64,000 nt of DNA from Dehalococcoidia bacterium (GTDB lineage Bacteria > Chloroflexota > Dehalococcoidia > Lucifugimonadales > UBA2985): positions 2,963 through 66,962 of the forward strand of contig JACVQK010000011.1 in NCBI GenBank assembly GCA_015661155.1, given 5' to 3'. Below, in pieces: positions 51,431 through 61,213 of this stretch; the stretch's first letter is position 1, and each line of letters begins with the position of its first letter. The notes below the pieces were generated by a model. It did no database searches and was not told where the DNA came from. It saw nothing but the letters and a program-made list of their open reading frames with translations. The position numbers and the translations under genes were made by a program.

Positions 51431-52840
51431 GAGGTGGAAAACCACCATCTTCAGCTCGGTCATCTCCTCCACGGCGTACCGCGGCCCCTCCTTGCCCATG
51501 CCGCTCTCTTTCAGCCCCCCGTAGGGCATCAGGTCGGCACGCCACTGGGGTCCCGAGTTGATCATCAGGTTGCCGGACTCCACCTCCAGGGCGAACCTCA
51601 TGGCCCAATCCAGGTTCTGGGTGAAGATGCCTGCGCTGAGGCCGTACCGGGTATCGTTGGCCAGGGCGATGGCCTCTTCGATGGTATCGAAACGGGTCAC
51701 CGCTACCGCGGGGCCGAAAAGCTCGTCGCAGGAGATGCGCATGTCCCGCCTCACATCGGCCACCACGGTGGGGGCGTGCATGGCCCCCTGCCGAAAGCCT
51801 CCGGCGATGACCCTGGCTCCCTGGCTTGCGGCCTCTCGAATCCACTGCTCCACCCGAATGGCGTCGGTCTCGCGGATCATGGGCCCCATCTTTGTCGTTT
51901 CCGCCAGGGGGTTGCCGGTAACGATGGCCTCCACCTGGGGCTTGAGGAGGTCGAGGAAGTCGCCGTAGACGATGTCGGCGACCAGGACTCGCTGGGTGGA
52001 GATGCACACCTGGCCGGCGTTGGAGTAGCCGCTCGTCACCGTGGCCTGGACAACCCTGTCCAGGTCGGCATCGGGCATGATGATGAGGGGGCTGTTGGAG
52101 CCCAGCTCCATGGTGACCCTCTTGAGGCCTGCCGTTCTGACTATGTGCTCACCCACGTCTCTGCTGCCGGTGAAGGTGATCTTGCGGACCCTGGGGTCCC
52201 GCACCAGGGCATCGCCGATGGTGCCGCCAGAGCCGGTGACGCACTGGACTGCCTGGGGAGGAATGCCCGCCTCCAGCAGGAGCCGGGTGAGATGGATGGC
52301 CGAGAGGGGGGTGTTGCTGGCGGGCTTGATGATGACGGCGTTTCCCGCAGCCAGGGCTGGCCCCACCTTGTGGCACACCAGGTTGAGGGGGAAGTTGAAG
52401 GGGCTTATGGCCACCACCACTCCACAGGGAACCCGAAGGGTGAACCCAAGCTGCCGCGTGGCCCCGGGGGCCGCGTCCAGGGGCACGGTCTCGCCGTGGA
52501 TACGCTTGGCCTCCTCAGCGGAGAGGGTGAGGGTCTGGACGGCCCGCTGCACCTCGGCACGGGCCTCGCCGATGGGTTTCCCCTCCTCCAGGGTGATGGT
52601 GCGGGAGAGCTCCTCGGCGCGCTCGGCCATGAGCTCCGCCGCCCTTTTCAGGAACACATACCGATCGTAGGCCGGAGTCTTACCCATGACCCTGGCCCCG
52701 TGGACGGCGGTGGCCAGGGCGGTCTCCACGTCGTCCAGGTCGGCCAGGGGCACCGTGTCCACCACCGTGCCGTCGTAGGGGTTGACCACGGGAAGGGTGC
52801 TCGTCTTTTGTATCCACTTGCCGCCGATAAAGGTCTGCAT
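51428..52840 (-). CDS. NAD(P)-dependent aldehyde dehydrogenase
   Basis: 470 aa. ISPFNFPLNL, the catalytic Glu in MELGSNSP and the catalytic Cys in NAGQVCIS. Confidence 0.9.
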   Translation of the reverse strand: MQTFIGGKWIQKTSTLPVVNPYDGTVVDTVPLADLDDVETALATAVHGARVMGKTPAYDRYVFLKRAAELMAERAEELSRTITLEEGKPIGEARAEVQRAVQTLTLSAEEAKRIHGETVPLDAAPGATRQLGFTLRVPCGVVVAISPFNFPLNLVCHKVGPALAAGNAVIIKPASNTPLSAIHLTRLLLEAGIPPQAVQCVTGSGGTIGDALVRDPRVRKITFTGSRDVGEHIVRTAGLKRVTMELGSNSPLIIMPDADLDRVVQATVTSGYSNAGQVCISTQRVLVADIVYGDFLDLLKPQVEAIVTGNPLAETTKMGPMIRETDAIRVEQWIREAASQGARVIAGGFRQGAMHAPTVVADVRRDMRISCDELFGPAVAVTRFDTIEEAIALANDTRYGLSAGIFTQNLDWAMRFALEVESGNLMINSGPQWRADLMPYGGLKESGMGKEGPRYAVEEMTELKMVVFHL

Positions 52841-52916
52841 ATCAGTACCTCCCTCTGCCCCTGTGCAACGTCGGCTCCAATTATACCCCTCTGCGGAGGA
52901 TGGAGACAGGGCTATA

Positions 52917-52925
52917 TGCTATAAT
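52917..52925 (+). promoter_or_regulatory. extended -10 promoter element (TGCTATAAT) for cmk-plsC(-glmS)
   Basis: An exact TGCTATAAT. It lies downstream of the track ATG at 52900, so it argues for the TTG 52981 start of cmk. Confidence 0.45.
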
Positions 52926-52980
52926 AGGCCTCAGGCTCCGGACAGGGTGCTGCCATCACGTATGCACAAGAAGGTGTGGA

Positions 52981-53655
52981 TTGCCTAAGCCATCTATCAT
53001 CGCCATAGACGGCCCCGTCGCCGCCGGCAAGACGGCGGTGGGTACGCTCTTGGCCCGCCACCTGGGCTATCGCTTCGTTGACACCGGCTCCATGTACCGC
53101 GCCATTACCTGGGCAGCTCTCAGAGACAAGGTGGGGCCAGAGGACGAGGCAGGGCTGACAGCCCTGGCCCAGCGGGTCCAGATAGAGGTGACTCCCAGCA
53201 ACGGCCAGAAGGGCCCACGGCTCAAGATAGACGGCAAAGACGTCACTGAAGAGCTTCGGACCAGGGAGGTGGAGCGGGGCGTGGCCCTGATATCCCGATT
53301 CGCGCAGGTGCGCCAGGCCATGGTGGCTCGCCAGCGGACACTGGCCCAGCCGGGCAGGATAGTCATGGCAGGGAGAGACATCGGCACGGTGGTCCTTCCA
53401 GATGCACCCCTCAAGATATTCCTCACCGCCTCCCCCAATGAGCGGGCCCGCCGCCGCCAACGCGACATGGAGGAGCTGGGACAATCCCTCCAACTTAGCC
53501 AGGTGCTCTCTGACCTCCTTCAGCGGGACAAGCTGGATACCGAGAGGGCCAACTCGCCCCTACGCCCCGGGGATGATGCCCACATCATAGACACAGACCA
53601 CATCGACCTCACCCAGGTGGTGGAGCGAATCCTGGCCCTGACGAAGGACAACTGA
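52981..53655 (+). CDS. cmk: cytidylate kinase
   Basis: P-loop IAIDGPVAAGKTAVG, then DTGSMYRA and the C-terminal ..IDTD motif. The TTG start gives MPKPSIIAIDGP. The track ORF begins at 52900. Confidence 0.85.
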   Translation: MPKPSIIAIDGPVAAGKTAVGTLLARHLGYRFVDTGSMYRAITWAALRDKVGPEDEAGLTALAQRVQIEVTPSNGQKGPRLKIDGKDVTEELRTREVERGVALISRFAQVRQAMVARQRTLAQPGRIVMAGRDIGTVVLPDAPLKIFLTASPNERARRRQRDMEELGQSLQLSQVLSDLLQRDKLDTERANSPLRPGDDAHIIDTDHIDLTQVVERILALTKDN

Positions 53656-54341
53656 TGGGCCTGGTGTACCACACGTCCAACGTCATTATGAAGGGGGAGC
53701 TGCGCCTCTACGGCGACTGGAGGGTGGAGGGAGCGGAGAACGTGCCTCCCACGGGGCCGCTCCTGGTGGTAGCCAACCACCAGAGCAACATAGACCCCCC
53801 ATTGCTGGCCGCTGCTCTTCCCAGGCGCATCTACTTCATGGCAAAACGGGGGCTCTTCAGCAACCCCCTGTCCTCCCTCTTCCTGAGGTCCTACGGCGCC
53901 TTTCCCCTCAATCGGGATGGAACCGACCTGGCAGCCCTTCAGTGGTCCCTGAGGATGCTCCAGCAGAACGCCGTCCTGGGCGTATTCCCGGAAGGCACCC
54001 GCAGCCCCGGGGCCATGCGCAAGGCCATACCAGGGGTATCCATGATCGCCCTCCGTTCCGGAGCCCCCATTCTGCCCGTGGGAATCACCGGCTCGGAGCG
54101 CCTTGGCCCCATGTGGCGGGTGCTTTTGCCCACAGGGAAGCTCAGGGTAAGGATAGGCCAGCCCTTCTCCCTTCCCAAACCCAAAGGTAAGCTCAGCAGG
54201 GAGCAGTTGGAGGCCACCACCACCGCCATCATGGAGCGGGTGGCAGCCCTGCTTCCGGAAAGCTACCGAGGTGTATACGCCCTGAAGGGGGAGTCCCCTT
54301 TATCAGTGGGTGGTGGAGAGGTAGATAGGCGGGTGAAGTAG
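53655..54341 (+). CDS. plsC: 1-acyl-sn-glycerol-3-phosphate acyltransferase
   Basis: HX4D motif NHQSNID, and the FPEGTRS and PVGI blocks. Its ATG overlaps the cmk stop codon. Confidence 0.9.
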   Translation: MGLVYHTSNVIMKGELRLYGDWRVEGAENVPPTGPLLVVANHQSNIDPPLLAAALPRRIYFMAKRGLFSNPLSSLFLRSYGAFPLNRDGTDLAALQWSLRMLQQNAVLGVFPEGTRSPGAMRKAIPGVSMIALRSGAPILPVGITGSERLGPMWRVLLPTGKLRVRIGQPFSLPKPKGKLSREQLEATTTAIMERVAALLPESYRGVYALKGESPLSVGGGEVDRRVK

Positions 54342-54343
54342 AC

Positions 54344-56188
54344 TTGTGCGGCATCATCGGGTACACCGGCAGCAGAGAGGCAGCACCCATCCTCCTGGAG
54401 GGCCTAGCCAGCCTGGAGTATCGCGGATACGATAGCGCTGGCATCGCCGTGCTCGCCTCCAGCGGCGAGATAACGGTGAGAAAAGCCCCCGGCAAGCTGC
54501 GTAGCCTGGTCCTCTCCCTGGAAGGCGACCTTCCAGAGGGAAGGGTGGGGATAGGGCACACCAGGTGGGCTACTCACGGCGTGCCCAGCGAGGCCAACTC
54601 TCACCCCCACCAGGACTGCCGGGGAGAGGTGGTGGTGGTGCATAACGGCATCGTCGAGAACTTCCTGGAGCTGAAGCAGGAGCTCATGGAGCAGGGGCAC
54701 ACCTTCACCTCCCAGACGGACAGCGAGGTGATACCCCACCTGATAGAGAGCTTTTTGGCCCAGAACTTGAGCGCCGAAGAGGCGGCCCGAAGCACAGCCC
54801 GGAGGCTGGCAGGATCCCACGCGGTGGTAGCCATACTCAGGCAGGAGCCCGGCAAGATTCTTGCCTTCAAGGTGGGCAACGCCGGGGGCATTGTGGTGGG
54901 GTTTGGCGAGGGAGAGACGGTGGTAGCCAGCGACCTGCCGGCCATCCTCCCCCACACCCGAAGCGTCGTCTTCCTCTCCACTGGGGAGATGGCCTCCATG
55001 ACCCCGACCTCTGCTGTCTTCACCTCCCTGGCAGGCTCTGTCGTGGAGAAACTCCCCCAGACCATGCCCTACGACCCCGTCTCTGTGGCCAAAGGGGGAT
55101 ACGAGCACTTCATGCTCAAGGAGATCGCCGAGCAACCGGAGGCCACCATCGCCACATTGCGGGGCAGGGTATCCTTCGATCTCCGGAGTGTGTTCCTGGA
55201 GGACTTCCCCCTCACCCAATCCGACATCAAGAGCCTCCACAGGGTGGTGTTCATAGCCATGGGCTCCAGCTACCACGCCGGCCTCATCGCCCGCCACATG
55301 ATGGAGCGGCTGGCTGGAATACCCTCCGAGGCGGAGAATGCCTCGGAGTTCAGGTACCGAGACCCCATCCTGGACTCCCGAACCCTGGTGGTATCCATAG
55401 GGCAATCGGGGGAAACGGCGGACACCCTCTCTGCCATGGAGGAGGCGGCCAGGAAAGGGGCCAGGCTGATAACCGTGTGCAATGTAGAGGGGAGCCAGGC
55501 CACCCGGCTGGCCGAGGGATGCATCTACCTCAGGGCAGGGCAGGAGATAGGGGTGTGCGCCACCAAGACCTTTGTCTGCTCCCTGGAGGCCCTGTACCTC
55601 CTGGCAGCGCATATCGGTCACCAGCGAGGGTTCCTATCCAGGACAGCCTTGGAAGACGCGGTAAGGGAGCTGGCGCGACTGCCCCACCTGCTGGGCGGGC
55701 TGGTCTCTCACCAGGACCCCTATGTCGCCCTGGCAGAGCTGTACCACAAGAAGTCCCACTTCCTCTACATGGGACGCGGCATAAACTACCCCATGGCCCT
55801 GGAAGGGGCGCTGAAGCTCAAGGAGATCTCCTACATCCACGCCGAAGGGTGCCCCGCCGGAGAGATGAAACACGGCCCCATCGCTCTCATAGACGACAGC
55901 ATGCCCGTGGTCGCCATAGCCCCCAGAGACGGGCTCTACGACAAGATGGCCAGCAACATAGCCGAGGTGAAGGCCCGGGGTGGCACCGTCATCGCTCTGG
56001 CCACCGAGGGAGATCGGGAGATCGCCCGGATGGCGGACCATGTTCTATACATCCCCCCCATGTCCCCCCTCCTGACCCCGGTGCTGGCCTCGGTGCCCCT
56101 GCAGCTCCTGGCCTACCACATCGCCCTCCGGCGGGGGTGTGACGTGGACCAGCCCAGAAATTTGGCCAAGTCCGTCACCGTGGAGTGA
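54344..56188 (+). CDS. glmS: glutamine--fructose-6-phosphate aminotransferase (isomerizing)
   Basis: TTG start giving the N-terminal nucleophile MCGIIGY. Two SIS domains. C-terminus ..LAKSVTVE. Confidence 0.95.
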   Translation: MCGIIGYTGSREAAPILLEGLASLEYRGYDSAGIAVLASSGEITVRKAPGKLRSLVLSLEGDLPEGRVGIGHTRWATHGVPSEANSHPHQDCRGEVVVVHNGIVENFLELKQELMEQGHTFTSQTDSEVIPHLIESFLAQNLSAEEAARSTARRLAGSHAVVAILRQEPGKILAFKVGNAGGIVVGFGEGETVVASDLPAILPHTRSVVFLSTGEMASMTPTSAVFTSLAGSVVEKLPQTMPYDPVSVAKGGYEHFMLKEIAEQPEATIATLRGRVSFDLRSVFLEDFPLTQSDIKSLHRVVFIAMGSSYHAGLIARHMMERLAGIPSEAENASEFRYRDPILDSRTLVVSIGQSGETADTLSAMEEAARKGARLITVCNVEGSQATRLAEGCIYLRAGQEIGVCATKTFVCSLEALYLLAAHIGHQRGFLSRTALEDAVRELARLPHLLGGLVSHQDPYVALAELYHKKSHFLYMGRGINYPMALEGALKLKEISYIHAEGCPAGEMKHGPIALIDDSMPVVAIAPRDGLYDKMASNIAEVKARGGTVIALATEGDREIARMADHVLYIPPMSPLLTPVLASVPLQLLAYHIALRRGCDVDQPRNLAKSVTVE

Positions 56189-56246
56189 GCCCAAGAGGGG
56201 TTTTGACCCCTCCCATTGAGTCCCTGCGCCGCCTCAGGCTAGTGTG

Positions 56247-56317
56247 GTGTCCCCGAAAAAGGACACAAATTGACAGCCCAGCGTGAGTTTCCCTTGCGAA
56301 TTTCAGGGTTAGGACAC
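56247..56317. repeat. family-B repeat, copy B2 (uninterrupted)
   Basis: GGTGTCCCCGAAAAAGGACACAAATTGACAGCCCAGCGTGAGTTTCCCTTGCGAATTTCAGGGTTAGGACAC. This is the empty-site counterpart of 28544-28718. Confidence 0.8.
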
Positions 56318-56320
56318 TGG

Positions 56321-57412
56321 CTAAGCAGGCACCTCCCGGAAATGCCTTCTCCTGAAATAGAGGGCCACGTTGACCAGGCTCACCATCACCGGCACCTCCA
56401 CCAGAGGGCCCACAACCGCGGCAAAGGCCTGCCCGGAGCCTATTCCAAACACCCCTACGGCCACCGCGATGGCCAGCTCAAAGTTGTTGCTCGCGGCGGT
56501 GAAGGAGATGGCAGCCGTCCTGGAGTAGTCCACCCCTATCCTCTTGCCCATGTAAAAGGAGACAAGGAACATGACCACGAAGTACAGAAGCAGCGGGACG
56601 GCGATGCGGGCCACATCCAGGGGCAGGTGCACGATGACGTCGCCCTTCAGGGAGAACATCACCACGATGGTGAAGAGCAGGGCGATGAGAGTCAAGGGGC
56701 TGATGCTGGGTATGAACCTGGTCTCGTACCAGGTTCGGCCCCTGGCCCTGATAAGGACAAAGCGCGTTGCCATGCCGCCGAAGAACGGTATCCCCAGGTA
56801 GATGAGAACGCTCTGGGCAATCTGGCCCATGGTGACATTCACCGCCGACCCCTCCAGGCCCAACCACCCCAGCAGGACAGTCACAAAGAAGTAGGCGTAC
56901 ACCGAGTAGAAGAGTATCTGGAAGACCGAGTTGAAGGCCACGAGGCCGGCCGCGTACTCATTGTCTCCCCTGGCCAGCTCGCTCCAGACGATGACCATGG
57001 CGATGCAACGCGCCAGCCCTATCATGATGAGCCCCACCATGTACTCCGGGTAGGCCCGCAGAAAGACAATCGCCAGCAGGAACATCAGCACCGGGCCGAT
57101 GAGCCAGTTCTGAACCAGGGAGAGGCCAAGCACCCTCCAGTCTCGGAACACACGGCCCAGCTCCTCGTACCTCACCTTGGACAGGGGGGGGTACATCATG
57201 AGAATGAGGCCAATGGCAATAGGAACAGAGGTAGTTCCTATCTGGAAGCGGGAGACAAAGCTGGCGCTTTCGGGGTAGAAGTAGCCCATGCCTACCCCAA
57301 AGGCCATGGAAAGGAATATCCACGCCGTCAGAAGGCGGAAATCCCCAAGGTACGCGAGCAGCCTCATGAAGCCTCCATTATCAACAACCCTCAGGGGCTC
57401 TTCCTCAGACAA
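56321..57412 (-). CDS. acr3: arsenite efflux transporter, ACR3 family
   Basis: 363 aa. The ACR3 hallmarks are ..[20 protein letters not shown].., [10 protein letters not shown] and [13 protein letters not shown]. The start at 57412 overlaps the arsR stop by 8 nt; Met16 (57367) is an alternative start. Confidence 0.9.
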   Translation of the reverse strand: MSEEEPLRVVDNGGFMRLLAYLGDFRLLTAWIFLSMAFGVGMGYFYPESASFVSRFQIGTTSVPIAIGLILMMYPPLSKVRYEELGRVFRDWRVLGLSLVQNWLIGPVLMFLLAIVFLRAYPEYMVGLIMIGLARCIAMVIVWSELARGDNEYAAGLVAFNSVFQILFYSVYAYFFVTVLLGWLGLEGSAVNVTMGQIAQSVLIYLGIPFFGGMATRFVLIRARGRTWYETRFIPSISPLTLIALLFTIVVMFSLKGDVIVHLPLDVARIAVPLLLYFVVMFLVSFYMGKRIGVDYSRTAAISFTAASNNFELAIAVAVGVFGIGSGQAFAAVVGPLVEVPVMVSLVNVALYFRRRHFREVPA

Positions 57413-57764
57413 CCTCGACGGGCACGGTCAGGGCGATCCCCATGTGGGCCAGGCGCTCCCTGTTGACGGAGTAGAACACCCACAGTCCCCCCTTCCTGGC
57501 TCGCAGCAGCCCGGCATCCCTGAGTATCTTGAGGTGGTGGCTGACCGTGGACTGCCCCAGGGGGAAGTTCATCCCAATGTCACAGACGCAGACCCCTTTT
57601 TCGTCAGCCCCAAGAAGCAGAGACACCATCTGTACCCGGGCTGGGTCGGCGAGGGCCTTGAAGACCACCGCCAGCTCCCTTGCCTCAGACGGGTCCAGCT
57701 TGGGGCGAAGGGCAGGGGAGCACAACTGGGGAACAACGCGTAAGGGCCTGGTTTGAGCGCTCAT
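57405..57764 (-). CDS. arsR: ArsR/SmtB family metalloregulator
   Basis: Starts at Met64 of ORF 57405..57953 (ATG behind GGAGGG). It has the As(III)-binding CVCDI motif and the [19 protein letters not shown]. Confidence 0.9.
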   Translation of the reverse strand: MSAQTRPLRVVPQLCSPALRPKLDPSEARELAVVFKALADPARVQMVSLLLGADEKGVCVCDIGMNFPLGQSTVSHHLKILRDAGLLRARKGGLWVFYSVNRERLAHMGIALTVPVEVV

Positions 57765-57806
57765 GGGGCATCCCTCCACCATATTGCCTGTACCTTGCAC
57801 AGTACA

Positions 57807-57852
57807 CATGTTAGGGGCTATATTGACATACGTCAATATAGCCCCTAACATG
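57807..57852. promoter_or_regulatory. 46-bp perfect palindrome (21-4-21): probable ArsR operator containing overlapping divergent promoters
   Basis: CATGTTAGGGGCTATATTGAC-ATAC-GTCAATATAGCCCCTAACATG. On the top strand, TTGACA (57823-57828), 17 nt, TAACAT (57846-57851) points toward arsC. On the bottom strand, TTGACG (57836-57831), 17 nt, TAACAT (57813-57808) points toward arsR-acr3. Confidence 0.65.
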
Positions 57853-57892
57853 GTCGAATAAGACGCTATGCAGCGCGGCCGGAGGATGCCCC

Positions 57893-58306
57893 ATGAGCGA
57901 CGTTCTTTTCGTGTGTGTTCACAACGCGGGGCGAAGCCAGATGGCCAAATCACTCTTCAATCGCCTATCCCGGCAGAGGGGCCTGCGCCTGAGGGCGGAG
58001 TCCGCAGGCACGGAGCCTGGAGAGCACGTCCATGCAAACGTAATAGAGGCGATGCGTGAGGTGGGCCAGGACCTGACAGGCGAGCATCCAAAGATGCTGA
58101 CCAACGACATGGTTAAGGAGGCTCAAAGGGTTATAACCATGGGGTGTGCTGTAGATGCAGAGGCTTGCCCAGCGTTGTTTCTCAAGGACGTCGAGGACTG
58201 GGGGCTGCCCGATCCCAAGGACGGGAGTCTGGCTGACGTACGTGCTATTCGGGACACGATTAGCCAGAGGGTTGAGGAGCTTATTGCCTCTCTGAAATCC
58301 GAGTGA
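57893..58306 (+). CDS. arsC: arsenate reductase, LMW-PTPase (thioredoxin-coupled) type
   Basis: P-loop CVHNAGRS (CX5R-S). There are further Cys residues at MGCAVDAEACP. Confidence 0.85.
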   Translation: MSDVLFVCVHNAGRSQMAKSLFNRLSRQRGLRLRAESAGTEPGEHVHANVIEAMREVGQDLTGEHPKMLTNDMVKEAQRVITMGCAVDAEACPALFLKDVEDWGLPDPKDGSLADVRAIRDTISQRVEELIASLKSE

Positions 58307-58464
58307 AAGTGGACAGGCGCATCCGGTTCGGCCTACCCCTGGCGAGTTTCCTCACCGCCACGTAGCGTAGCTCTGGGCGAGACTATCTATCATCCTTGAC
58401 TCGCAATCGCTTCCCTTTGCGACATTGACGACAGACCAATGCAACAGCGCAAACGGCCCAAAAC

Positions 58465-58492
58465 TGGACAGGGATGGTTTTTTAAGTATAAT
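58465..58492 (+). promoter_or_regulatory. candidate sigma70-type promoter for ppsA
   Basis: TGGACA (58465-58470), a 16-nt spacer, then TATAAT (58487-58492), in an AT-rich patch (TTTTTTAAGTATAATAGTAG). It implies a GC-rich leader of about 130 nt before ATG 58628. Confidence 0.4.
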
Positions 58493-58627
58493 AGTAGCTA
58501 GTTTCGGCCACCCAAGCCTGAGCACGCTGGGGCAGTAGCAGGGTCAGCCCGGGTGATGGCCTCTTTGGTGTCGCCCTGGCATCCAGGCCACAGCAAGCAA
58601 TCCTGAGTACCTTGTCTGGAGAGTGCA

Positions 58628-60913
58628 ATGAGCAACGCGAAGAGCGTCGTATACTTCGAGGAAGTAGGGAAGCGGGACATATCCATCGTGGGAGGGAAGG
58701 GCGCCAGTCTGGGTGAGCTGTACCAGGCTGGCATCCCAGTTCCCAAAGGCTTCGTGGTCACGGCCCAAACGTATTACGGCTTTCTGGAAGGGGCCAAGCT
58801 GGAGAGCCATATCCAGAGTGCCATGGACGGCCTGGACTGCAACGACTCCGAGGCCCTGGCGAAAGCCTCGCAAAGGGTGAAAGAGGCCATCAAGGGCGCT
58901 CCCTTGCCCAAGACGATAGCCCAGGAGATCGTGAAGGCATACCGTTCCCTGGGACAGGGGCCCGTGGCGGTCCGCTCCTCAGCCACCGCCGAGGACCTGC
59001 CCGACGCCTCCTTCGCAGGACAGCAGAGCACCTTTCTCAACATCGTGGGGGATGACAACGTGGTACGGGCGGTGCAGGAGTGCTGGGCCTCCCTCTTCGA
59101 GCCGCGGGCCATCTTTTACCGATGGGAGCAGGGATTCGACCACCTCAAGGTGGGTATCGCGGTGGTGGTGCAGCGCATGGTGCAGTCCCAGACCTCCGGA
59201 GTCCTGTTCACCGTCGATCCCATCTCCAATAACCCCCGTAGGATCACCATAGAGGCCGTCCTCGGCCTGGGGGAGGCCATTGTCTCCGGCGCCATCACCC
59301 CGGACTACTACGTGGTGGACAAGGAGAACGTGGACATCGTAGAGAGGAAGCCCGCGCTCCAGACGCGAATGCTGGTCCGCAATCCCAAGATAGCCCTGGA
59401 CTCCGAAGATGCCAACGTCTGGGTAGACGTCGCCCAGAGAAAGCAGGGGAGCCAGAAGCTCACCAACGACCAGATCGTAGCCCTGGCCCACATGGCAAAG
59501 AGAATCGAGAAGCTGTACGACTCCCCCCAGGACATCGAGTGGGCCCAGGAGGATGGGAATCTCTACATCGTTCAGAGCCGCCCCATAACCACCCTATCAG
59601 AAACCCCGAACTCCTTCAAAGACATCCTGAAGAGGACCAGCGCCACGGTCCTGGTCCGGGGCGCCAGCGCCAGCCCCGGCATAGCCCAGGGCCCCGTCAA
59701 GATCATCCGAGACGCCTCGGTCATCCACCTGGTGGAGAAGGGTGACATACTGGTCACGGAAATGACTACCCCGGACTTTGTGCCCGCCATGAAGAAGGCC
59801 GCCGCCATCGTCACCGACAAAGGGGGCCGCACCTGTCACGCGGCCATCGTCAGCAGGGAGCTGGGCGTGCCCTGCATAGTGGGCACAGAGACAGCCACCC
59901 ATGTCCTCCACCAGGGGCAGAAGATCACCGTGGACGCCTCCCAGGGGATAGTCTACCAGGGATACCTGGACCTGGCACCGAAGGAGGAACTAGCCCCCCA
60001 TCGGCGTCTCAAGACCACTACCCGAGTGTACGTTAACCTGGCCGACCCCGAGCTGGCCGACGCGGTGGCCGCCAAGCAGGTGGACGGCGTGGGACTGCTG
60101 CGGGCGGAGTTCATCATCCGCAACACCATAGGGGTACACCCCTTGCACGCCCTCAGCCAGGGCAAAGGACAGGAGTGGACCGACAAGCTGGCAGTCGGCC
60201 TGGAGAAGTTCTGCGCCCCCTTCTACCCCCGCCCCGTGGTGTACCGCACCACCGACTTCAAGACCAACGAGTATCGCCATCTCGAAGGGGGGAAGGAGTA
60301 CGAGGAGGAGGAGGAGAACCCCATGATGGGCTACAGGGGCTGCTCCCGCTACGTCCGGGAGCAGGAGGCCCTCCGCCTGGAGGTGGAGGCCATCTTGAAG
60401 GTCTACTCGCAGTACGACAACCTCCACGTGATGCTCCCCTTCGTGCGCACGCCCGAGGAGCTGGCCCTGGTCAAGGAGGTGCTGGATTCCCAGGGACTGA
60501 GGCGGGACGGGGGACCCAAGCTGTGGATGATGGTGGAGATCCCCTCCAACATCATCCTCATGGACCAGTTCATAGACATGGGTCTCGATGGCATATCCAT
60601 CGGCTCCAACGACCTCACCCAGCTCATCCTGGGGATTGACCGGGACAACGAGAAGCTGGCCAACCTCTTCGACGAGCGGCACCCCGCGGTGCTGTGGGCC
60701 CTGGAGAGGGCCATAACCATCGCCAGGGCCAGAGGCATCACCTCCTCCATCTGCGGCCAGGCCCCGTCCTTCTTTCCAGACCTCACGGAGAAGCTGGTCA
60801 GGTGGGGGATAAGCTCGGTCTCCGTAAGCCCCGACATGATAGACCAAACCAGGGACATCATCGCCGTGGTAGAGGGAAAACTGGGCAAGCTTCCCCCTCA
60901 GGATGAATCGTAA
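58628..60913 (+). CDS. ppsA: phosphoenolpyruvate synthase (pyruvate, water dikinase)
   Basis: N-terminal ATP-grasp domain (VGGKGASLGEL), the phosphohistidine domain GGRTCHAAIVSRELGVPCIVG, and the C-terminal PEP-utilizing TIM barrel (..NPMMGYRG.., GIS.GSNDLTQ). Confidence 0.95.
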   Translation: MSNAKSVVYFEEVGKRDISIVGGKGASLGELYQAGIPVPKGFVVTAQTYYGFLEGAKLESHIQSAMDGLDCNDSEALAKASQRVKEAIKGAPLPKTIAQEIVKAYRSLGQGPVAVRSSATAEDLPDASFAGQQSTFLNIVGDDNVVRAVQECWASLFEPRAIFYRWEQGFDHLKVGIAVVVQRMVQSQTSGVLFTVDPISNNPRRITIEAVLGLGEAIVSGAITPDYYVVDKENVDIVERKPALQTRMLVRNPKIALDSEDANVWVDVAQRKQGSQKLTNDQIVALAHMAKRIEKLYDSPQDIEWAQEDGNLYIVQSRPITTLSETPNSFKDILKRTSATVLVRGASASPGIAQGPVKIIRDASVIHLVEKGDILVTEMTTPDFVPAMKKAAAIVTDKGGRTCHAAIVSRELGVPCIVGTETATHVLHQGQKITVDASQGIVYQGYLDLAPKEELAPHRRLKTTTRVYVNLADPELADAVAAKQVDGVGLLRAEFIIRNTIGVHPLHALSQGKGQEWTDKLAVGLEKFCAPFYPRPVVYRTTDFKTNEYRHLEGGKEYEEEEENPMMGYRGCSRYVREQEALRLEVEAILKVYSQYDNLHVMLPFVRTPEELALVKEVLDSQGLRRDGGPKLWMMVEIPSNIILMDQFIDMGLDGISIGSNDLTQLILGIDRDNEKLANLFDERHPAVLWALERAITIARARGITSSICGQAPSFFPDLTEKLVRWGISSVSVSPDMIDQTRDIIAVVEGKLGKLPPQDES

Positions 60914-60947
60914 CACCCGGCTCCACAATGCATGAAAACGGCTACTG

Positions 60948-61158
60948 CCCTCATGGTTCGACAGGCTCACCATGAGCGGGTAGCGGGTCGGGAGGCAGCC
61001 GCTTACCACGGACGAGAAAAAGCCTTGTCATTCCGAACGCAGCGCAGCGAAGTGAGGAATCTAGGGCCTATCATACTTGGCATGGGCACATGCCCTAGGT
61101 GCTTCGCTTCGCTCAGCATGACATTCCTCTCTCCGCTCATCCTGAGCTTGTCGAAGGG
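60948..61158. repeat. family-E composite palindromic element, copy E2
   Basis: The outer arms CCCTCATGGTTCGACAGGCTCACCATGAGCGG and CCGCTCATCCTGAGCTTGTCGAAGGG are inverted copies. The inner arms are GTCATTCCGAACGCAGCGCAGCGAAGTGAGG and GTGCTTCGCTTCGCTCAGCATGAC. The central hairpin is CTAGGGC...GCCCTAG. Confidence 0.7.
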
Positions 61159-61213
61159 TGGCAGATATTTCCCCAACGATGAACCGTAGCACCCGCCTCC
61201 CCAGAGGGACTTG

